From an uncultured Nitrososphaerota archaeon (GTDB taxonomy: Archaea > Thermoproteota > Nitrososphaeria > Nitrososphaerales > Gagatemarchaeaceae): a DNA stretch of 64,000 nucleotides. The notes below the pieces were generated by a model. It was not told where the DNA came from. It saw only the letters and a list, made by a program, of their open reading frames with translations, and made no database searches. A program made the translations under genes and the position numbers. The DNA lies in contig OY969807.1 in the NCBI GenBank assembly GCA_963703285.1, positions 512,001 through 576,000 on the forward strand, given 5' to 3'. Below, piece by piece: positions 56,983 to 64,000 of the stretch. The stretch's first letter is position 1; each line of letters starts with the position of its first letter.

Positions 56983-57218
56983 TGCGATATGGGAGGCTAG
57001 GCATGAAAAGTCTGATGGTCTCCGAAACCCGCATTGGCGTGTGTGAATTCGGGAACCAGCGACTCGTTCCTGGGTGCGAGCGAGGCGATGAACAAATCGC
57101 CAGGGTTGATTATGCGAATTTTGATAAGGAGGCAGAGTTGTATTCTTGGTAATGATGCGTGGAAGAGTTGGCAAGCTGGAGCTTAGTAAGTATCTCCTAG
57201 GCTGGGCGAGAACCCTTT

Positions 57219-58319
57219 ATGCCTCGGCATCTTAGTATTGTCGTCATTTCACGCAGTTTCGTACCGAACATGGGAGGTGGTGAAATCCAGCTTCATAGTT
57301 TGGCAAAACAATTGACTGAGCTGGGACACAATATCTCGGTTATAACTTCGACACGTGGAGGTAGGCGAGCCTCGTACCACGAAAAGTACAGATTAGTAGA
57401 ACTTCCATCCACGGGTGTGCTCGCGTTGGACATGCTACTGCACGTGACGTTTCTGCTACCTTGCTTGTTAGCTCTTGCTGCGGTCGTCGAGGTTGACGTT
57501 ATCCAGGTAAATTCGCTGGTTTCGCTTTTTCCCTCATCCTTGGTTGGGAAAATCCTTCGGAAGCCGACGATAGTGCACCTTTGGGGGGATCAACAATTAG
57601 GCCTTGTTTCGAGAAACGCAAGAGTGATTAATCTACTGGTCGATCGTGTCATCGTACTGAATCAAAATGCCAGGGGCAGGCTTGCTGCATCAGGGTTCCC
57701 ATCTTCGAAAATCAGATTAATCCCGAACGGTGTAGACATTCCTCCAGCCGGAATAAGGCCCAGCCAACGCGAAGTTGACGTGGCTTGGATTGGTAGATTG
57801 GACCCTATTAAGAGGCCTCAGCTAGCACTCGCTGGCTTCGCCAGAGCAAACTGCAGTCGTAGGAATTTGCGCCTCTTAATTGTAGGTGATGGGCCGCTTC
57901 GAGCAAGATTGGAGAACACTACTGCATCTTTGAGTCTGCAGGGGAATGTTACATTTCTTGGTCAGAAAGAACACAGGGAAATTGCGGCGATTCTAAGCAG
58001 TGCCAGGATTTTGCTAATCACATCTTATTCGGAAGGCCTTTCAAACGTACTTCTCGAAGGAATGGCGTCAGGTTGCGGAGTAGCTTCAACGATTGAAGCG
58101 TCTGGGGGAATCATCCAAGACCTGAGGAATGGTGTTCTATTCGAGGGAACTGAAGAAGGTACCGCGGACGCAATCCTCGCGCTTCTAGACGATGATGATT
58201 TGGTCGACAGTTTGGGATTACATGCTAGAGAGGACATCAAGGCGAATTTCAGCTTTAGCCGCATTGTTGAAACCTATATCCAATTCTACCTCGAGTCGAT
58301 TGAAGATGCAAATCGTTGA
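57219..58319 (+). CDS. GT4 glycosyltransferase
   Basis: GGGE, IPNGVD, GRLDPIK, SEGLSNVLLEGMASG. Confidence 0.9.
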   Translation: MPRHLSIVVISRSFVPNMGGGEIQLHSLAKQLTELGHNISVITSTRGGRRASYHEKYRLVELPSTGVLALDMLLHVTFLLPCLLALAAVVEVDVIQVNSLVSLFPSSLVGKILRKPTIVHLWGDQQLGLVSRNARVINLLVDRVIVLNQNARGRLAASGFPSSKIRLIPNGVDIPPAGIRPSQREVDVAWIGRLDPIKRPQLALAGFARANCSRRNLRLLIVGDGPLRARLENTTASLSLQGNVTFLGQKEHREIAAILSSARILLITSYSEGLSNVLLEGMASGCGVASTIEASGGIIQDLRNGVLFEGTEEGTADAILALLDDDDLVDSLGLHAREDIKANFSFSRIVETYIQFYLESIEDANR

Positions 58320-58645
58320 TTGCCGCTTTAGAGAATGATGCCTCAATGTCTGTGTATACTATTTGCAGAACAATGTGTCTTATGAAGACCGACGGCGCGA
58401 AGAACTATAAATCTGGTGCGGTGTGTGTCGTCAGAATCCACGCGTATTGCGTGACCAGAAATCGCCGAGAGACTTGATGTCTCTCGATTGGTTGCGAGAT
58501 TACTAGAATCGTCCGGGTATGGAATCCACACGCTCGAGCGGGCAGATGGAACTGTCAATCCCGCATCGACAAACGGTTTATCACTACCTTCTGAATCGAC
58601 TCTCTGACTGATGTACTTGGCTCGAAGCATAGAAGATCCTGGAGT

Positions 58646-59515
58646 GGACCCGCCTGTTTAGATACGTTTCTGGGCTCCCAAGCCTCATGGTTTTATCGTC
58701 AGTTGTTCACCTTGGTCTCCGTGGTGACTTTTCCATCCTTCCACCCGTCCAGGTACTCGTAAGGTGTCATGTAGTCCAGTGCTGAATGCATTCTGTTTCT
58801 GTTGTAGTCTACGAACGCCTCTTCGACCGCCACCTCTGCCTCCTGGTGGCCGAGGAACTCCCTCGGACCAGACATACTCGCGCTTCAGCGTCTTGTGAAA
58901 CGACTCGACGAACCCATTCTGCTCGGGCGTGTGGTAGAGGATGTACTCGAGCTTCAGGCCGAGGACGTCCATCGAGTCCTTGAAGGCATGCGAGGTATAC
59001 TGCTGACCATAGTCGCATCCGAGCGTCAGGTCTGACGGCACGGCATCCACGCGAGATGCGAGCGCGTTGTTCACCGACATTATCGCGTGCTCCTTGACCG
59101 CCGACCTCTCGAACGCGTAGCCGAGCCACTCTCTGTGGAAGACATCTACCACGTTGAAGAGGTAGGACCATCTGTCTGAGCTGCCGCACCAGAGATAGGT
59201 CATGTCTGTCTGCCAGAATTCGTAGGGTCTGGATGCCCTGACAATCCTCGAGGCAGACCTGATCACCTGGCTCTTCGTCTTCACTGGCTCGATTCAGTTG
59301 AGTTCGTGGAAGACCTTCTGGACCGTCTTCCTGTTCACCGGGACGTGAAGCTCCCTGGAGAGCTGTGCGGCCATCCTCCTGGTCCCGTAGAACGACCTCT
59401 GTAGCGCAATCTCCTCGACCTTCTGGACGACTGCAGGATTAGGCTCGAATCTACGGGCGACAGGTCTGTAGTAGTACCATGTCCTGGGCGCTCACCTCCT
59501 CTTCTTTCGCTCCTA
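58646..59515 (-). mobile_element. IS3-family transposase pseudogene (orfB with a stop and a frameshift; orfA largely lost)
   Basis: YGTRRMAAQL..VNRK.V, in-frame TGA 59294-59296, WQTDMTY, D.GQQY, TPEQNGFVESFHKTLKRE, frameshift near 58862, YNRNRMHSAL.Y.TP; boundaries approximate. Confidence 0.85.
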
Positions 59516-59764
59516 GTGTCGCCCCAAATCTTATCCTTATCTTCTGCGGTGAATGACGAATCTATCCCTTTGTCTACTACTGTAAAGGTATGGTCGAGGG
59601 TTTGAGGCGGTTCCTCACATCTGCACCTCTAAGCAGACAGGGATGAAGGCCCTACTGACCGTAGTCCTTCGTTAGAAATAACGACTCCTAGCGATTTGAC
59701 TCTAACCAAGGTGTTACAGAGGCATTGTTCCATCATTGTCAGGAACCTTCTTCTGCGGTCTGAT

Positions 59765-60874
59765 TCAATTACAAGCCAGGATTTCCCCCAATATCCTTGT
59801 CAGAGATTCGCCTACTGCTCCCTCGCTGTAGTGATTCTCGATCGTAAGGCGTGCGTTGCGCGCGACTGACTCGAGGAGGTCTTTCTCGAAAAGAAAGATG
59901 TTTACTTTCTTTGGAATATCCTTCTCCTCGAATACAAGCAAGTTATGTCCTGGCGCCGCGTAATCCAGTCCGATAATCCCTCCCGAGGTTGTAATGACTG
60001 GGACACCTGAAGCCATTGCCTCTATTATCTTGTTCTTTGGACCATACGTTGCATGATCGATGGGAACCAGTAGCGCATCGAAGCTAGAAACTAACTCAGC
60101 ATACCTTTCTTCGCCTTTTACGAATCCAATCTGAGTGACCCTTTCTAGGGAAAGGACGAGAGGCGATTCTCCAACTACGATGAATTTGATTCGCTCATCA
60201 AACTCCGAGTAATGTTCCTGGAGGAATTCCAGCGCGTGTAGATTACCCCGCATGAAGAACGACCCAACGACACCCACTGTTTTCGTGGCGGCCTGCCGCT
60301 CCTTCTCTCTCACTCTGAAGAGTTTCGTATCAACGAAAACTGGGAAGAAGTGAATGTTCTTCCCCAACCTATAATAGAAATCGGATGTCCCTTCTGAAAG
60401 GGAGATTACCTCGTCAGCTAGAATCCCGGTCAGTGACTCAGCTATCAAGGAAAGGAATGAGGAAACTGCAGATGTTTGGCGCGCTTCCTTGTGCGCCAAT
60501 GCGTGTGCTTCATACACTAACTTACAGCCTAGTATGCGCGAGAATAGATAACAAAACGGAACCTGGTACAACCCTATGCAATACATTAAATCAGGTCTGA
60601 GCCTCAGCAAGGCAGAAAACATCTTCAACGAAGAAACCGGTTGTTCCAAGAGGTCTAGGTAGGGATTCTGGGAGACGTTGTCATAAACGACAAGCGCTTC
60701 TGCAGGCACCCCGGCAACGCCAGACGCCCTAGCTTCTGGCGAAGTTCTTGTCACCACCGTAACTCGATACTTCGGCCGAAGGAGACGATACACTCGGAGT
60801 GCCCTGACGGTCGTCCCGGTTGTCCTTGACAGGTCAGCGGGCACCACTATCACAATATGTTCTGGATTCATCAA
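59765..60874 (-). CDS. GT4 glycosyltransferase
   Basis: TGTTVRA, VFVDT, GPKNKIIEAMASGVPVITT. Confidence 0.88.
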   Translation of the reverse strand: MMNPEHIVIVVPADLSRTTGTTVRALRVYRLLRPKYRVTVVTRTSPEARASGVAGVPAEALVVYDNVSQNPYLDLLEQPVSSLKMFSALLRLRPDLMYCIGLYQVPFCYLFSRILGCKLVYEAHALAHKEARQTSAVSSFLSLIAESLTGILADEVISLSEGTSDFYYRLGKNIHFFPVFVDTKLFRVREKERQAATKTVGVVGSFFMRGNLHALEFLQEHYSEFDERIKFIVVGESPLVLSLERVTQIGFVKGEERYAELVSSFDALLVPIDHATYGPKNKIIEAMASGVPVITTSGGIIGLDYAAPGHNLLVFEEKDIPKKVNIFLFEKDLLESVARNARLTIENHYSEGAVGESLTRILGEILACN

Positions 60875-61200
60875 CCGTCACTTTCTACTCGGCCCCATAG
60901 TTTACTGTAATCCACGTAGTCGAATTGTTCTTGAGCGGTCTTTCAGTATTGGCTTCAATCCTTCTCAAGCTAGCGAGGTCCTCGATACTACACTCTTAAA
61001 CACGCATCGGCCTGATATTTGGGCATGGCGATTGGAACATCGGGTCCAAGATTGTCGATATGATGACAGAACAGCAGACTACAGCAAGGGTGATAGAAGG
61101 AATGGCTTCGGTTGATGAGGCTAAGCCTGACTCCACGAAGTTAGTTCCCCTTCGCCCTCTGATAACCAAGCCAAGCTCGTGACATGGCGCTAGAATCAAC

Positions 61201-63489
61201 TTGACACTCGTTAGCGGCCTCATTGCCGGTGCCATGTGTTTCGTCCCTGGTCCGTTCCTCCTGGATTACTTGGCGAAGCGCGGGAAATTGAGGGTCTCCA
61301 AGACTGAAATAGTGCTACTGGGAAGCGTTGTTTGGAACTTTGTCTGGGTGAGTGGAGCTTACCTCGTCGCAATTCTTACCTCATCAATTGCCATATTCTA
61401 CTCGCTCTCGCTTATAATCGGTGCTTCGGTGGTCCTGCTCGACCTGTACGAAACGGCCCGGAGGGGTCCTCGGCTCAGGCTCCCATCTATCGACTTCGAC
61501 AGCGTACTCGCGTTGGCCCTAATCGCAGTCTTAGGGGTTATCATCAGCATCGAAATAATGGCGCACACCATCTACCAGGAGTTTGACGCGATTTTCTATT
61601 ATCTTCCTTTGGCGAAGTCTATAGTACTGACCGGCGGGCTGCATTTCGATCCCCTGCACGTCACGGGTCTTACGACTACAATGTCACCAGCCCTGCCTCT
61701 GATGTATGGTTCGGTGCTTTTCGTTTCTGGCTCGTTATCGGAATTTGGTATGGCGGTAAGAATTATTCCCTTGATGTACGTCGTACTCACGTCGGTAGCA
61801 GTGTATGCCCTCACCTCTGAAATCTTCGAAGATTCCAAGTTGGCGCTGGTCTCGACAATCTGTTTCCTCTCACTGCCTGTCTTGATGAGTATGTCCCTCA
61901 ACTTCACGCTCTACCTTGACATGGGTTTCGTCTTCGCAGCGACAGTCTCGATGTATCTTCTCGTCAGAGTTTTGAGATACCAGGGCAGCGACTCTTTCCG
62001 ATGGCTGGCTCTTGGCGTCTCGTTTGGCCTTTTGATGTTGATAGATGATACAGCGTATTTCATCGTACCGTCTCTGTTCATCCTGGCTATCATGCCTCGT
62101 TTGCGTGGTCTGGGGCGGAATTCGGCTGCTCTCCTAGGCGCTCTGGTGTTCACAGCGATCTACACTTTCTTCTTCGTAGTCGATGTTCTATTCCCGGGCA
62201 CGAGTTCTGAACTCGGAATTGTAGCCACGCAGACAACGATCTTCGGAACAATCGTCCTGGCGTTCCTGATTTTCCGCCGGATGGGGCTCGACAAGCTCAA
62301 TGCACCCAGCGGCCGACAAATTCTGCTGCTGATTTTACCGTCCGCCACAGCGGTCGTATTCATACTTCGCAACCTCCTAGAGTACAGGGTAGTGAGCTTT
62401 GATCTGATATGGTTTAACGCCGCGGTGTCTCGCGCTGAGAATCTATTAATCGCTCAATCCAGCATCAAGACGCCCCCTTCCATTGTGCCCAGTTTCCGGA
62501 ATCTTCTCGAGATTCTCTTCAGCTATAACGCTGGGTTCGTCCTTCTTTTGCCCTTGGTTCTAGGCATTGCAAGTCTTCTCATTTCATCTAAAATACAACC
62601 GGAAAAAAGACTCGTCTTCTTTCTCTTCTGGCTGATGCTCATTGATTTATGGGGATGGACATTCAATTTCTCATATGTCAGTTCGGAGCTCAGATGGGTG
62701 TACCCCTTCGCCCCACTTCTCGCGTTGCTGGCTGCCGCCGGCGTGGGGTTTGTCTCCAGAATGTGGAAGCTCCAGAACTCGATGGTCATTCGAGTGGTCT
62801 TCTTTGAATCACTCGCTCTGCTTTACTTGTGGACAGGTCCATTGAATATCAGCACTGGCGGAATGATATCCCTCGGTTACAAGTTTGAATACATCTTATC
62901 GCCCACGCTGGAGAGTCTTTCAATCCTCTGCATCTTCTTCATAATCGCTTTCATTCCAATTCGTTTCAAGAATCCGGACCGGCCGCGCGATTCAAGAAGG
63001 ATAGGGAAAGTCATCGTTATTGGGGGCTTACTTCTGCTTCTCGTCTTTCCCGTGTATTCCTTCGCATCTCCAGCCACCGCTAATCTGCAAAAGACCGATG
63101 CTGCTGCCCCTGCAGGCTGGGAGAACAACCTCTCTCAAGTCATAAACTACGTCAATAACAATCTGCCAAATAACTACACAATCCTTGTTTTTTATGCGCT
63201 GCACATCGCTTATTTCACGGATCACCCGGTCATCGACTTGACTAGCTACTTCGGGGTTGCTTCCATTCTTGGCCTAATTGGGGTGAACGACAGCAGAGCC
63301 ACGGAGGCCTTGCTGAATGACGGCGTGCACTACCTCTTGATACCTTCAACTGGCAACAGCTTCTATCAGTACTACATATCTCTCTCTAAGGACTTCACCT
63401 TTCTGAGTCCGCAATCAATAGCCACGAATCCCCAACTGGTTCTTGTTTCAAATTTCACCGATTACCAACTCTACCAAATAGAGAGCTGA
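61201..63489 (+). CDS. Large polytopic membrane protein, GT-C/ArnT-like glycosyltransferase candidate
   Basis: FDAIFYYLPLAK, YLDMG, RWVYPFAP; many TMs; C-terminal extracellular domain with NxS/T sequons. Confidence 0.7.
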   Translation: MTLVSGLIAGAMCFVPGPFLLDYLAKRGKLRVSKTEIVLLGSVVWNFVWVSGAYLVAILTSSIAIFYSLSLIIGASVVLLDLYETARRGPRLRLPSIDFDSVLALALIAVLGVIISIEIMAHTIYQEFDAIFYYLPLAKSIVLTGGLHFDPLHVTGLTTTMSPALPLMYGSVLFVSGSLSEFGMAVRIIPLMYVVLTSVAVYALTSEIFEDSKLALVSTICFLSLPVLMSMSLNFTLYLDMGFVFAATVSMYLLVRVLRYQGSDSFRWLALGVSFGLLMLIDDTAYFIVPSLFILAIMPRLRGLGRNSAALLGALVFTAIYTFFFVVDVLFPGTSSELGIVATQTTIFGTIVLAFLIFRRMGLDKLNAPSGRQILLLILPSATAVVFILRNLLEYRVVSFDLIWFNAAVSRAENLLIAQSSIKTPPSIVPSFRNLLEILFSYNAGFVLLLPLVLGIASLLISSKIQPEKRLVFFLFWLMLIDLWGWTFNFSYVSSELRWVYPFAPLLALLAAAGVGFVSRMWKLQNSMVIRVVFFESLALLYLWTGPLNISTGGMISLGYKFEYILSPTLESLSILCIFFIIAFIPIRFKNPDRPRDSRRIGKVIVIGGLLLLLVFPVYSFASPATANLQKTDAAAPAGWENNLSQVINYVNNNLPNNYTILVFYALHIAYFTDHPVIDLTSYFGVASILGLIGVNDSRATEALLNDGVHYLLIPSTGNSFYQYYISLSKDFTFLSPQSIATNPQLVLVSNFTDYQLYQIES

Positions 63490-63539
63490 TTTCCAGACCG
63501 TCGTTCTTAAATCAGGCCAAGGAAGTCAAGGACTGCGAC

Positions 63540-64000
63540 TTGGATAGCGACCTGCCTAAAGTAAGCGTTGTAGTCCCCACATTCAACCGAAAGGTAAGCC
63601 TTTCCAAACTCCTTGATTCCATTCAGGAAATGCGCCCAGTACCAGTTGAGGTCATCGTGGTGAACGACGGTTCGACAGATGGAACAGCAGATTACGTGAG
63701 GATTAACTACCCTGGAGTCGAGCTGATTGAGTCCTCTGGATTTGGGCACCCTCGTGCCCGTTCCTTAGGGGCAAGTGTCGCGACGGGGAACCTAATCGCC
63801 TTCTTAGAGGACGACATGATTGTACCCATCGACTGGCTGGCGAAGGTAACCAAGGCCTTCGAGAATCCCGATGTTGGAATGGCGGGTTCCATAATCAGGA
63901 ACAGAGATGGGACGGTCTGGGGGCCGATAGTGTCATGCAGGCGGTTCGGCGACCAAGTGACCCTGCTCGACGAAACTTCGGTCGAACCAGTCCAGGTACA
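63540..64000 (+). CDS. GT2 glycosyltransferase (partial, runs off window)
   Basis: TTG 63540: PKVSVVVPTFNR, VVNDGSTDGT, FLEDD. Confidence 0.88.
   Translation, partial: MDSDLPKVSVVVPTFNRKVSLSKLLDSIQEMRPVPVEVIVVNDGSTDGTADYVRINYPGVELIESSGFGHPRARSLGASVATGNLIAFLEDDMIVPIDWLAKVTKAFENPDVGMAGSIIRNRDGTVWGPIVSCRRFGDQVTLLDETSVEPVQV

Noticed and set aside
59294-59296. In-frame TGA at a Trp-like position as stop-codon recoding
   Set aside because: The same IS3 gene also has a frameshift and has lost orfA; TGA is a normal stop elsewhere in the window

Overview
High-GC archaeal DNA, indicated by type II GAPDH, archaeal PGK, TATA-box promoters and many TTG/GTG starts. The lineage is probably a non-ammonia-oxidising Nitrososphaerota/Thaumarchaeota-like archaeon (inference). 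1-7.4 kb holds threonine/glycine metabolism genes (SDR threonine dehydrogenase, lysC, hom, glyA), tatA, a cupin and an M61 peptidase. 7.5-16.2 kb holds three tandem Tat-exported FAD oxidoreductases of unknown substrate, a degenerate DEDD nuclease-like protein and a membrane-anchored DOMON-like protein. An aldo/keto reductase and gap-pgk follow. 19.7-34 kb is an accessory region with several TA modules or remnants, three SRPBCC genes, and three unrelated secreted proteins that all end in the same ~75-aa aromatic/Gly-rich C-terminal domain. 34-41 kb carries a deacetylase, hydantoinase, DUF917 protein and a truncated peptide ABC transporter. 41-47.5 kb is a decayed or mobile patch (tRNA-3'-like direct repeats, HicAB, IS5 remnant) plus a Tat-dependent gluconate-dehydrogenase-like pair with a coiled-coil stalk. 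47.7-64 kb is a lower-GC surface glycosylation cluster with an IS3 pseudogene. The strongest candidates for something new are (i) the shared C-terminal module on shuffled secreted proteins and (ii) a palindromic TTCTC-N6-GAGAA site exactly 12 nt upstream of the TATA box of four secreted-protein genes, suggesting a co-regulated extracellular redox/surface system. Several single-site frameshifts suggest assembly errors. All calls were made by eye, with no database searches.
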